This document shows, piece after piece, positions 27,343 to 36,734 of a stretch of 60,297 nt of DNA. The notes beneath the pieces were generated by a model. That model made no database searches. It saw only the letters and a list, made by a program, of their open reading frames with translations, and had not been told where the DNA came from. A program made the position numbers and the translations under genes. Source of the stretch: a virus (taxonomy: Duplodnaviria > Caudoviricetes); the IMG/VR virus record IMGVR_UViG_3300017941_000009, positions 1 through 60,297 of that record. One strand, written 5' to 3'. Position 1 is the stretch's first letter. The number at the start of each line of letters is the position of its first letter.

Positions 27343-28056
27343 ATGAGCACCACTGTTGAAGACATCGCCATCCAGGCCCTGGCCCGCTGCGCGGAGTTCG
27401 GGGGCAGCTATCCGACGACGCGGTCGGTGATGTACCGCCGGGTCGGCGCGCGGCAGCAGGCACTCTACGCGGCCGCCGCGCGCGCCAACCCCGAGTATTT
27501 CGGCGCCGAGGCCATCGGCACACTGGATGCGCAGAAAGCCATCAGCTTGGCGTCGTTGGGCGACCCGGCCGCCGGGGATCCGGTGCCGAACATGGAGCTC
27601 ATCTCGAAGATCGAGGTCGCGGTCTCCAGTGGCGCGGGCGCGCTGCCGGTCGGCACCGAGATCCACGTCGTGCCCATCACCGATGCCATGAACGCCGCTC
27701 TGCCGCCGCGGGTCACGTTCCGCGGTGGGGTCATCGCCCAAGTGGGCACGGACCTCGCGACAGTTACGAAGATCAATGTCTACTACTCGCACCGACCCTT
27801 CAACCTGCGGCCCACGGACAAGGCGGCCCTCATTGAATTGCCGGAGTCCTTCCACGAGCTCCTGGTGCTGGACCTGGCGCGCTGGTTGCTGCGGAAGGCC
27901 AGCTCGGTGACGAAGGAAGTGCGCGAGGTGGCGCTGGCCGCCCTCGAGGCGGAGGAGAAGGAGGAGTTGGTCAACTTCCTCGCCACCGTGCAGGCGTTCA
28001 CCAGCGCGGTGGAGCGCGGGAGGTTCTCTCGGACGCAGGGTTCCACGCGCCAATAG
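27343..28056 (+). CDS. Head-tail adaptor / tail ring-like protein 2
   Basis: VYYSHRP...IELPESFHELLVLDLARWLLRK; paralogous to the previous gene. Confidence 0.6.
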   Translation: MSTTVEDIAIQALARCAEFGGSYPTTRSVMYRRVGARQQALYAAAARANPEYFGAEAIGTLDAQKAISLASLGDPAAGDPVPNMELISKIEVAVSSGAGALPVGTEIHVVPITDAMNAALPPRVTFRGGVIAQVGTDLATVTKINVYYSHRPFNLRPTDKAALIELPESFHELLVLDLARWLLRKASSVTKEVREVALAALEAEEKEELVNFLATVQAFTSAVERGRFSRTQGSTRQ

Positions 28057-28065
28057 GAGGCTCGG

Positions 28066-28458
28066 ATGGCAGTCAAGACGGCGCTACTCGCGCGCAGTGC
28101 AGCGGTCACAGCCCTCATCGCCTACATCGGCGCCGGTGGCAAGCTCACGCTCTACGATGGCGCGGTGCCGACGGATGCTGATACGGCGCTCGGGGGCGGG
28201 AACCACGCGCTCGTGACCTTCACGGTTCCCTCGTGGTCGGTGAGCGGGGATACGGCAACGGCCGCAGCCATCGCGGCGGCGGTCGCCATTGCGAGCGGCG
28301 TGGCCGCCTTCTTCCGGCAGTACCAGGCGGACGGCGTCACCTGCGGATTCCAGGGTACGGTCGGCACGGCAGGGGCGGACTGCCTCATCAACGACACGAC
28401 CATCGTGTCGGGCGCCGCGGTGTCGATGCTCGCGGCCGACTACCAGCTTCCGGCGTAA
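28066..28458 (+). CDS. Small virion structural protein
   Basis: GGKLTLYDGAVPTDADTA...ASGVAAFFR...QGTVGTAGAD...I..G..V pattern seen in phage tail modules. Confidence 0.7.
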   Translation: MAVKTALLARSAAVTALIAYIGAGGKLTLYDGAVPTDADTALGGGNHALVTFTVPSWSVSGDTATAAAIAAAVAIASGVAAFFRQYQADGVTCGFQGTVGTAGADCLINDTTIVSGAAVSMLAADYQLPA

Positions 28459-28467
28459 CGAGGAACC

Positions 28468-30123
28468 GTGGCCGACCGCGCGCCCTACCTCAGCCCCTCC
28501 ATCGTGCACGTGGGGATGAGCAAGTCCTCTCCTGTGAGGCAGGTGCGGATCTACTTCTGGGCGGTGGGCATCGGGCCGGCGTTCGCGGGTTCTGGCCTGA
28601 TGGCATACACGGAGCTGCTGACCAACCTTGCGGCGGCGTACTCGATCGGACTGGGAACGGCATCCTGCGGGTGGCCCGCCTACAATGGCATCACGGGGGA
28701 TGATCCCGGCGCGGCGGAGATTGATGGCTACAACTACCTCGTGGTCACGCTCACGCCGACTGGCGGCAGGGATGTCACGGACGGGAGCATCATCATCAAC
28801 ACGCCGCTCGGCACGGCGGTCATCTACATCCACGGCTTCACCGAGTCGTCGCTCATCTACGATCGGTTCATCGATGCCGACGCCACGGCGCTCAAGGACC
28901 ACACACCGGACACGGCGCCTGCGGGCGACCTCGTCGGCTACCAGGGCCAGCTCGGCAATCAGTCTGCCATCTACGGCGACGACCTCTATCCGGGCTGTTG
29001 CACCGGCAACTTCTATCGGGGGCGCCTCTACTCCGCGCTCCACGATGCGTACTGCTCCTATGTCGATGTGAGCCGGGGCGACCACGATGGCGTGGCCGTC
29101 TCGCAGGGCGTCACGATCCGCGACAGCCGCGTGGCCGGGGTGACGGACGGCGGCGAGGAAACCATCCAGTTCTACTTCGCCCACAAGGATGCCACGCACG
29201 TCTGGCTCAACTGGGAGCAGCGCAAGGACGGTACGGTCTACCAGCACGACTACAACTTCGCCTCCATCGCCCTGGCCCCCAATGCCCAGGCGCGACTCCT
29301 CGCGCACATCAAAGGGGACCAACTCCGGCTCTACACCGGGGATGCGGGAGGCGGGAACTACGTCCTGCAGAAGACTGTGACGCTGGCCACGCCGTGGAAC
29401 GATGCCAGCCACCTGTACGCGGGGGTCGTGCAGCAGCACTACGACTCGACCAGCTACTACGGGAAGCTGCTGACCTTCGGGAGTTCGCAGCTTGCCTTCG
29501 TGGTGACGCCCTCCGGCGGGGCCCTCGGTCCGGGGCGGGATGTGCGCTTCGCCTCCGTGCTGGGCGCGCCGGCGCCGCCCGCGCAGCTCGGGTCCATCGA
29601 TGCCATCCCGAGCGGCTTCCCGTGCCAGGACCTCACCGCGACGGTCGCCTACGTCGAGGGCGCGGGCTGGCTGGCGGTCAGCCTCGGTGCAACCACCACG
29701 CCGGCCGGCTTCACGATGACGGTGGATCCGACGGGCCTCGCCATCGGACTCTATCACGCGACCATCACCTTGGACTCCCCGGATGCGGACTCCGATCCGG
29801 TTGTGGTGGATGTGGAGTATGAGATTATGGATGGGGCCACGCTGACGGCCTTGGCTGCCCCCGGGATGGCCGCCCTGCTCGGGGCATCCTACCACGGGGC
29901 CACGGTAGCGGTCGCCCGGCCCGGGGTCGTCGCGTTCGTCGGTGCCACCTTCCACGCGGTGCTCGCCGCCGTGGCGAGTGCGGGGCGGTCGGCACTCGAG
30001 GCGGAGAGGCCCATCTGGGCTCCGGTCACGGACGGGAACGGGGTCTGGATGCCCGGAGCTGGTGGGGCGGGATCATTCACGAAGCCGGCGGGTGCTGGCG
30101 GTTCCTGGTCGGGGGCGGCCTGA
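28468..30123 (+). CDS. Tail-associated protein with BACON-type Ig-like domain
   Basis: GWLAVSLGATTTPAGFTMTVDPTGLAIGLYHATITL...PVVVDV (about 29665..29826). Confidence 0.65.
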   Translation: MADRAPYLSPSIVHVGMSKSSPVRQVRIYFWAVGIGPAFAGSGLMAYTELLTNLAAAYSIGLGTASCGWPAYNGITGDDPGAAEIDGYNYLVVTLTPTGGRDVTDGSIIINTPLGTAVIYIHGFTESSLIYDRFIDADATALKDHTPDTAPAGDLVGYQGQLGNQSAIYGDDLYPGCCTGNFYRGRLYSALHDAYCSYVDVSRGDHDGVAVSQGVTIRDSRVAGVTDGGEETIQFYFAHKDATHVWLNWEQRKDGTVYQHDYNFASIALAPNAQARLLAHIKGDQLRLYTGDAGGGNYVLQKTVTLATPWNDASHLYAGVVQQHYDSTSYYGKLLTFGSSQLAFVVTPSGGALGPGRDVRFASVLGAPAPPAQLGSIDAIPSGFPCQDLTATVAYVEGAGWLAVSLGATTTPAGFTMTVDPTGLAIGLYHATITLDSPDADSDPVVVDVEYEIMDGATLTALAAPGMAALLGASYHGATVAVARPGVVAFVGATFHAVLAAVASAGRSALEAERPIWAPVTDGNGVWMPGAGGAGSFTKPAGAGGSWSGAA

Positions 30124-32216
30124 TGGGCGATCGCACCGTGGTGCCGCTGCTGTACGGAGCCGGGATGGACCGCGCGACGGGGATGTTCTCCGTCGACGGG
30201 AAGGCGGGCCGCGACCTGCGGAACCTCTACCTGTACCGGGACAAGGCGCAGGTGCGCCACGGTCATGCCCGGGTCAACGACCTCGTGGTCAGTGGCGTCA
30301 CGGTCAAGGACGTGCTGCTGGTGCAGGCCATGTCGGCCGAACAGATCGGCCTCGTGGTGGGATTCGGCAACGACGGCAAGCTGTATCTCTTCCGTGTGGC
30401 AGGGGATGGCGGCGGCCTGTCAGAGATCGGCACCTGGCCAAACCTCGTCGGTGCGGACTTCACGCTGTCCGCGGGCGCACACACACCGCCGCGGGTCCTC
30501 GCGGCTGAGCAGTACAGCAAGATCTTCGTGGCGCACGATGAAGCGAACCGCATCCTGCGGGCCCCGACCGTCTACTACAATCCGTTCGGCGCACCCGCGC
30601 TCAACACGCTCACCGCCGACTTGGACGGCGACGGCAGCGCGGCACCCGTGCTCTTCCGGGGCGTCTCGCCCTACCTCACCTACCTCGTCGGCTGGGGCTT
30701 CGGCACGGAGACCGACCCCGATCATCCTGAGGTGGTGCGCGTCTCGCATCCCGACGACCCGACGCTCCTCGACCCGGATGATTACTTCGAGGCCGGGACC
30801 GGGGGTTCGCCGGTCCTCACCTGCTTGCAGGCCGGCACCGTGGACAACTCCTGCCTGCTGGTGCTGAAGCCGAGCGAGATCCACCAGATCTTCGGCTACG
30901 ACAAGAACACGTTCGGCGTGCGGCAGATTGAGAGTGGGCACGGCGTGGTAGCGAGCCGACTGGCGTACAGCCTCGGCGGGATGGTCTACTTCTGGGACCC
31001 CGAGGGACCGCGCCGCTCCAGCGGTGGGCCCTCCGAAGACCTCGCGTGGCCCCTCGACCTCGACGCGCCGAGTCCCGCGGATCTCGTGGCGGCGGGCGCG
31101 CTCGCCGATGGGTTCTGCTGCTACCTGCCCTCCCGTCGGTGTCTCCTGTTTGTCTTCGGCCCGCGTGTCTACGTCCTGAACCTCTGGGACGCCGGCGCGC
31201 TCAAGTGGAGTTACGGCGAGCTCGGGTTTGCGGCGCAAAGCGGCGGCGTCCTCTACCAGGGCCTCGATGCGCCGAGTGCGCCGCCGACCGCGGCCGCCTC
31301 CGCCGTCACGCTCAGTGGGCCCACCGATACGACGCTGACGTGCGGCTGGACCAACGACGTCGTCGCGCACCTGACGGGTGGAGAAGTGGTGGAGGTGTGG
31401 CTCCACGCGCTCACGGCAGACACCTGGAGGCAGGCAGGCCAGGTCCTGCCCACGGGGCCGAGCACGACCCAGAGCCTCCTGCTCACGGGCCTCGTTCCCG
31501 GCACCCACTACAAGGCGCAGGTGCGCTACCGCCGCGGCCCCTACTACCGTGCGGACTACACTGGCGTGCCGGGCACGTGGCCCTCGGGGTCGCTCTCGGG
31601 GACGGAAGCCCCGCTGATTGCGGCACCTGTGCTCGCCGTGCCGGTGTGGTCCCGGCTCTCGCCCAGCCTAGAGCAGATCGCGCTGGCGTGGACGGGCAGC
31701 GCCCTCGTCTCCTCGCTCGTCTATCGCGACGGGGTGCTCATCGCCACGCTCCCAGCCGGGGTGTTCGGCTACGCGGACCAGACCATCGCAGGAGAGACCT
31801 CCTACGTCTACACCGTGACGCAGAAGGGCGATGACGAGAGTGCGCCCTCGGCGCAGACAGTGTGGTCCGGTCCGCTGCCGGCCGACAGCGTCGTCGGGGA
31901 ATCCTGCGGCATCGGTGAAGGCCCCGGGCCCGGCTACTGGTATCTCAACTTCCACGTGCCGGCCGCCTTCGTGGGACCGGGCACCGCGGCGTTCTACGAG
32001 TCGCTCACCCCCGGTGGCGAAAACTATGGCGCTGCGCCAACGGGCTCGCGGGTGGTGGTGGCCGGCGCGAACTACAGCATCGCCGGTGCCATCTTCGGGG
32101 GCAGCTACTGTCCGGATCCGACGCACGTCTACGGTACCCTCGTGCTCACGGATGCCAACGGTGACGTGAGCGCACCCTCGGCGGAAGGGGACGTGTTCAC
32201 GGTGACGTGCCCATGA
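30123..32216 (+). CDS. Tail nozzle-like beta-propeller protein with C-terminal FN3 domains
   Basis: Propeller-like blades (VRVSHPDDP, LLVLKPSEIHQI, HGVVASR, VYFWDPEG); FN3 motifs LTGLVPGTHYKAQVRY and VYRDGVLI...YVYTV. Confidence 0.65.
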   Translation: MGDRTVVPLLYGAGMDRATGMFSVDGKAGRDLRNLYLYRDKAQVRHGHARVNDLVVSGVTVKDVLLVQAMSAEQIGLVVGFGNDGKLYLFRVAGDGGGLSEIGTWPNLVGADFTLSAGAHTPPRVLAAEQYSKIFVAHDEANRILRAPTVYYNPFGAPALNTLTADLDGDGSAAPVLFRGVSPYLTYLVGWGFGTETDPDHPEVVRVSHPDDPTLLDPDDYFEAGTGGSPVLTCLQAGTVDNSCLLVLKPSEIHQIFGYDKNTFGVRQIESGHGVVASRLAYSLGGMVYFWDPEGPRRSSGGPSEDLAWPLDLDAPSPADLVAAGALADGFCCYLPSRRCLLFVFGPRVYVLNLWDAGALKWSYGELGFAAQSGGVLYQGLDAPSAPPTAAASAVTLSGPTDTTLTCGWTNDVVAHLTGGEVVEVWLHALTADTWRQAGQVLPTGPSTTQSLLLTGLVPGTHYKAQVRYRRGPYYRADYTGVPGTWPSGSLSGTEAPLIAAPVLAVPVWSRLSPSLEQIALAWTGSALVSSLVYRDGVLIATLPAGVFGYADQTIAGETSYVYTVTQKGDDESAPSAQTVWSGPLPADSVVGESCGIGEGPGPGYWYLNFHVPAAFVGPGTAAFYESLTPGGENYGAAPTGSRVVVAGANYSIAGAIFGGSYCPDPTHVYGTLVLTDANGDVSAPSAEGDVFTVTCP

Positions 32217-32719
32217 TCGCCAACCTCTTCCTCGGCGAGTCGGGAGGTGCCCGGCTGCTCGAAGCGGACCAGGGCAGCCACGACGACGGCGAGCGGGTCT
32301 ACGCGCGCCTCGAGACGGTGGCCGCTGGTCCCGGCCTCGGGGGCGAGGCCATCTTCACCGCCCTGTTCATTGGCATTGAGAACAATGCCGATGCGGACGT
32401 GGATGTGACGCCGATCATCACGGGGGCGAACGAGGATGGCACCCCGTTCGAGCGCGAGCTCGAGACCCAGCAGATCACGCTCCACGCCAGCGCGGAACGC
32501 ACGCGCGTCCAGTACCAGCTCGGCGTCTCCGACCCACTGATCATCGGCGGCGTCGAGGTCGGGCGGTTCGCCGCGCGCGCCACCTGGTTCCGGGTGCGCA
32601 TCGTGGCGCTGGTCCATTCGCCGGGCGATCTCCTCTTCCACGGTCTCGGCGTCGAGATGGAAGTCGTGCGCGAGGCCATCCCGACACAGGCGCCAGCGCC
32701 CGTTCCGGCGGGGTCCTAG
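32213..32719 (+). CDS. Probable nozzle C-terminal beta-sandwich encoded separately
   Basis: [12 protein letters not shown]...RATWFRVRI...LLFHGLGVE resembles the C-termini of podovirus nozzle proteins. Confidence 0.5.
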   Translation: MIANLFLGESGGARLLEADQGSHDDGERVYARLETVAAGPGLGGEAIFTALFIGIENNADADVDVTPIITGANEDGTPFERELETQQITLHASAERTRVQYQLGVSDPLIIGGVEVGRFAARATWFRVRIVALVHSPGDLLFHGLGVEMEVVREAIPTQAPAPVPAGS

Positions 32720-35700
32720 TGGCTGGCGGCTTCCGGCGCCAGACCAGTAAGGGGCTGCCACAGCCCCTCTTGCCCGGCGCAGCCGGCGCCGATCTCACGG
32801 CGCTCGTCCGCACCCTGGATTCCTACGTCATCGACCAGTGGGCGTGGAAGGAGCCGGCCACCCAGCGTCTCCTCTACGCCTACAAGGGCGGTACGGTCTT
32901 CACGGGCCTGGCCTTCATCCTGATCCCCGACGGCACGACCCCGCTCGCGGACAACGCCACCAACTACGTCGAACGGGATAGCGCGGGTGCCGTCTCGGTC
33001 AACAGCACGGGCTTCAGCGCCGCCCGGACGCCGATGGCGAAGGTCGCCACGGCCGGCGGCCAGATTGCGACCGTGGAGGACTGGCGGCCCCTGGCGCAGT
33101 CCTCGTCTGGGAACCTCTCGGGGCCCAGTGGCCCCTCTGGTCCCTCGGGCCCCGGCTCGACCGTGTCAGGCCCCAGCGGTCCCTCGGGTCCGAGCGGGCC
33201 GGCGTCTACGGTCTCCGGACCGTCTGGGCCGTCTGGTCCTGTGTCCACGGTCTCGGGCCCCAGTGGTCCCAGTGGCCCTAGCGGCCCCGTCTCGACCGTC
33301 AGCGGCCCTTCGGGGCCGTCGGGACCCTCCGGTCCAGGGGGCGCGGCCTCGACGGTCTCCGGGCCTTCTGGGCCCTCGGGGCCCCACGGTGCCGATTCGA
33401 CGGTGAGCGGGCCGAGCGGGCCATCTGGCCCGCAAGGTGCCGCTTCCACTGTGTCCGGGCCGAGTGGCCCTTCGGGTCCCCAGGGTGCAGCATCCACGAT
33501 CTCCGGCCCGAGCGGGCCGAGCGGACCGAGCGTCACTGGACCTTCGGGACCCTCGGGCCCTTCTGGACCGCAGGGGGCGGCTTCGACGGTCTCGGGCCCG
33601 AGCGGTCCCAGCGGCCCCGTCTCAACCACCAGTGGGCCTTCGGGTCCATCGGGCCCTTCCGGGCCGGGTGGTGCCGCCTCGACAGTGAGCGGCCCCAGCG
33701 GACCCTCAGGGCCCCAGGGAGCGGCCTCGACCGTCAGCGGTCCCTCAGGACCTAGTGGACCGCAGGGAACAGCAAGCACGGTAAGCGGGCCGTCTGGTCC
33801 TTCTGGTCCGTCTGGGCCGCAAGGAACTGCTTCGACGGTGTCGGGGCCGTCGGGACCGAGTGGACCCACGGGTGCCGCATCTACCGTCAGCGGACCGAGC
33901 GGTCCCTCGGGGCCGCAGGGGAACCCCTCGACGGTCTCGGGACCCTCCGGGCCCTCCGGTCCGAGCGGTCCTCAAGGCGCTGCCTCAACCGTTAGCGGGC
34001 CGAGTGGTCCATCCGGGCCACAGGGAGCAGCTTCGACGGTCAGCGGCCCTTCGGGGCCCAGTGGACCCACGGGAGCGGCATCCACGGTCTCTGGCCCGTC
34101 TGGGCCCTCGGGTCCGCAAGGGAATGCTTCGACGGTGAGTGGGCCCTCCGGCCCCAGTGGGCCGTCCGGGCCGCAGGGTGCCGCCAGTACGGTCTCTGGG
34201 CCGTCCGGACCGAGCGGGCCACAGGGCACTGCTTCTACGGTATCTGGGCCCTCGGGTCCTTCGGGTCCTCAGGGTGCAGCATCCACGATCAGCGGCCCCT
34301 CAGGCCCCTCCGGACCACAGGGAAACGCCTCGACCGTGAGCGGGCCGTCTGGGCCAAGCGGCCCTTCGGGACCACAGGGAGCGGCGAGCACGGTCTCTGG
34401 GCCAAGTGGTCCCTCAGGCCCTCAAGGCGCAGCTTCCACGGTCTCGGGGCCCTCCGGACCGAGTGGCCCACAGGGGAATGCCTCGACGGTCTCCGGACCG
34501 AGCGGTCCTTCTGGGCCTTCCGGACCACAGGGAGCTGCCTCCATAGTCTCTGGCCCCTCAGGTCCGAGTGGCCCGCAGGGCGCTGCATCGACCGTTAGCG
34601 GGCCGAGTGGACCGAGTGGACCCCAGGGTGCCGCCTCGACGGTTTCGGGGCCCTCGGGGCCGTCCGGACCGCAAGGCGCGGCATCCACGGTTTCGGGGCC
34701 GAGCGGGCCCAGTGGACCCACGGGCGCAGGGGGCCCGAGCGGACCTTCCGGACCCTCCGGGCCGAGTGTCACCGGCCCGAGCGGCCCCTCAGGACCCAGC
34801 GGGCCGGCGGGATCCCTGGCGCACCACGTCCTCTCGGCTACTCACACGGACTCCAATGCCGCAGCGGCCGGCGTGGCCCGCGGCGATCTCCTGGTGGGCA
34901 ATGCCACGCCGGCTTGGGACCGGCTCGCTTTCCCGGCCTCTCCAACCGGGAAGGTGGTCGTCGCCTCGGCGACGGACATCGGGTGGAGCGCGAACCCGCT
35001 CGGCAGTGCGGCGTGGGCGGCGACGGGGGACTTCGCTCCGGCGGCGGGGACCTTCACGAACACGATAACTCAAAGCCCCGCGACTGACGGGATAGATGGC
35101 ATCATCCTCAACGGCAGGGACTCGGTAAGCGGGAACCTCTACAATGTCTTCCGGCTGATAGCCTATGCCAATTCCGGCGGGGCGACTCCGACGTGGACGT
35201 TGGGAATCATCAATACTGCGAACTCTGCGTGGCAACCCGTACTAACGGCAGCGACCTCTGGCGCGGCGACCTTCGCGGCGGGCCTCACCATCGCCGGTGC
35301 GCTCGCAGGCGTGACGACGACACAGTTCCATGCCATCACCTATACGTGGCCCTCTGCTGATGCGGGAGCCAGCGGTTACGTCCTCTCCTCTAACGCCTCG
35401 GGCACTTTGAGTTGGGTTGCCCAAACGGCCGCCGCGGCGGTGACGAGTGTGGCCGGTCGCACAGGGGCTGTGGTACTGACGGCGGCTGACATCGGGGCGG
35501 GAACATTCCCGAGTGGTCAGTTCAAAATGGGTGGCACACCGTGGGCAGCTTCTCTTGATGCGCTTAACATGGGAGTTAACCAGAGGATTACGTTCCGTAA
35601 CTACAATGACAACGATGACGTTAGCATCAGTGGTGGCTTCAACGGCATATCGGGAAGTGCTCTTACTGTTACTGGATATGGACTAGAGGTGTTGAATCGC

Positions 35701-35832
35701 TTCGGCTGTAACGGCAAGTCGGCTCAACCCGCGTACGCATCCGGTGGTGCGGCGGGTGGGACTCTGGCACAGGTAACGACGTTGGCGAATAACATCCGGG
35801 CGGCGCTCGTTGCCGACGGTATCATGTCGTAG
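32719..35832 (+). CDS. Collagen-like tail fibre
   Basis: About 560 aa of (GPS)n interrupted by GAASTVS; [19 protein letters not shown] fibre motif; distinct C-terminal tip. Confidence 0.88.
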   Translation: MAGGFRRQTSKGLPQPLLPGAAGADLTALVRTLDSYVIDQWAWKEPATQRLLYAYKGGTVFTGLAFILIPDGTTPLADNATNYVERDSAGAVSVNSTGFSAARTPMAKVATAGGQIATVEDWRPLAQSSSGNLSGPSGPSGPSGPGSTVSGPSGPSGPSGPASTVSGPSGPSGPVSTVSGPSGPSGPSGPVSTVSGPSGPSGPSGPGGAASTVSGPSGPSGPHGADSTVSGPSGPSGPQGAASTVSGPSGPSGPQGAASTISGPSGPSGPSVTGPSGPSGPSGPQGAASTVSGPSGPSGPVSTTSGPSGPSGPSGPGGAASTVSGPSGPSGPQGAASTVSGPSGPSGPQGTASTVSGPSGPSGPSGPQGTASTVSGPSGPSGPTGAASTVSGPSGPSGPQGNPSTVSGPSGPSGPSGPQGAASTVSGPSGPSGPQGAASTVSGPSGPSGPTGAASTVSGPSGPSGPQGNASTVSGPSGPSGPSGPQGAASTVSGPSGPSGPQGTASTVSGPSGPSGPQGAASTISGPSGPSGPQGNASTVSGPSGPSGPSGPQGAASTVSGPSGPSGPQGAASTVSGPSGPSGPQGNASTVSGPSGPSGPSGPQGAASIVSGPSGPSGPQGAASTVSGPSGPSGPQGAASTVSGPSGPSGPQGAASTVSGPSGPSGPTGAGGPSGPSGPSGPSVTGPSGPSGPSGPAGSLAHHVLSATHTDSNAAAAGVARGDLLVGNATPAWDRLAFPASPTGKVVVASATDIGWSANPLGSAAWAATGDFAPAAGTFTNTITQSPATDGIDGIILNGRDSVSGNLYNVFRLIAYANSGGATPTWTLGIINTANSAWQPVLTAATSGAATFAAGLTIAGALAGVTTTQFHAITYTWPSADAGASGYVLSSNASGTLSWVAQTAAAAVTSVAGRTGAVVLTAADIGAGTFPSGQFKMGGTPWAASLDALNMGVNQRITFRNYNDNDDVSISGGFNGISGSALTVTGYGLEVLNRFGCNGKSAQPAYASGGAAGGTLAQVTTLANNIRAALVADGIMS
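33121..34812 (+). repeat. Coding tandem repeat GPSGPS(GPS)[10 protein letters not shown]
   Basis: Visible directly in the translation; synonymous codons vary strongly between copies. Confidence 0.95.
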
Positions 35833-36070
35833 TGGGGTTTGCCGGTCGTGTCGAACTAAGGAGTGTGGAGGCTTCCATTGCGGCATCGACCCGACAGTTT
35901 GCTTCGGGATGTGGCGTCCGTTGCACGAGATTCTCCTGGCCGACGCCTACCGGGATTCTGCCTGGGCCGTGCGGCACGAGATGTTACACGACATCTTACA
36001 GGATGCGGGACATCCACCCGTGTTTGACCGTTGTACAAGTGACATTCTCACCACAGGAGTCCTACGATGA
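35810..36070 (+). pseudogene. HExxH metallopeptidase-like fragment
   Basis: AVRHEMLHDILQDAGHPPVFDRC; no convincing start or SD, and its 5' part overlaps the fibre stop. Confidence 0.4.
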
Positions 36071-36276
36071 CGTACCAGATGAAGGTGCAGTCCGCGAGCA
36101 GCCAGGATGGCCGGATGATGGGGCCGCCCCCGGCGGCTGCCGTTCCGGCGATGCTGAACGTGCAGCTCGTGCCGGTGGATGCCAACATCGGCGGGTTCGG
36201 CTTCTCGGTCGAGAAGACGCCGGACACGATCAGGCAGTACGCGGTGGACACGGTGGTCCCCGTCACGGTCGGCTGA
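36067..36276 (+). CDS. Hypothetical protein
   Basis: AGGAG SD. Confidence 0.6.
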   Translation: MTYQMKVQSASSQDGRMMGPPPAAAVPAMLNVQLVPVDANIGGFGFSVEKTPDTIRQYAVDTVVPVTVG

Positions 36277-36311
36277 GGGCGTAGCCGGCTCAACCCGTTC
36301 CTGGGGGGTGT

Positions 36312-36701
36312 GTGAAGAAGCTCAACTACGGGCAGTTCGGGGCGAAGAAGGATCGGATGTTCTCGCTGACCTGGCTTGGGTATCGTGCCGCCTACCCCAA
36401 GCACTCGGCCGGCTATGAGCAGATGAAGCTCTGCAACCGGATCGGCGAGAAGCTGGAGCAGATGAGCAAGGAGGCGCCGACCCCGCAGGACGCCGCGGAG
36501 CGGCTCCCCACCAAGTCCGTCCTGCTCCTGGATGGTCACGAGCACGAGAAGCTGCTCGCGATGCTGAAGTCGGAGGAGGTCGGCTGGACCTACCTCGCCG
36601 GCAAGGAGGTCGAGGTGCTGATCGAGGCGATGGTATCGGCCCCCGAGGTGGAGGTCGAGGAGAAGGTCCGCGGCCGGGCCAAGAAGAAGGGGAAGCGGTA
36701 G
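36312..36701 (+). CDS. Hypothetical protein (possible fibre chaperone)
   Basis: Position after the fibre; helical; function inferred from context only. Confidence 0.6.
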   Translation: MKKLNYGQFGAKKDRMFSLTWLGYRAAYPKHSAGYEQMKLCNRIGEKLEQMSKEAPTPQDAAERLPTKSVLLLDGHEHEKLLAMLKSEEVGWTYLAGKEVEVLIEAMVSAPEVEVEEKVRGRAKKKGKR

Positions 36702-36734
36702 GATGCCCAGGCGGGGCGCCTCAAGGGGCCGGGC

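Noticed and set aside
33121-34812. Possible CRISPR array or non-coding tandem repeat
   Set aside because: The repeat is conserved at protein level with variable codons; there are no identical repeats with unique spacers and no cas genes.
34813-36070. Diversity-generating retroelement or invertible tail-fibre switch
   Set aside because: No reverse transcriptase, invertase, TR/VR pair or second fibre tip seen.
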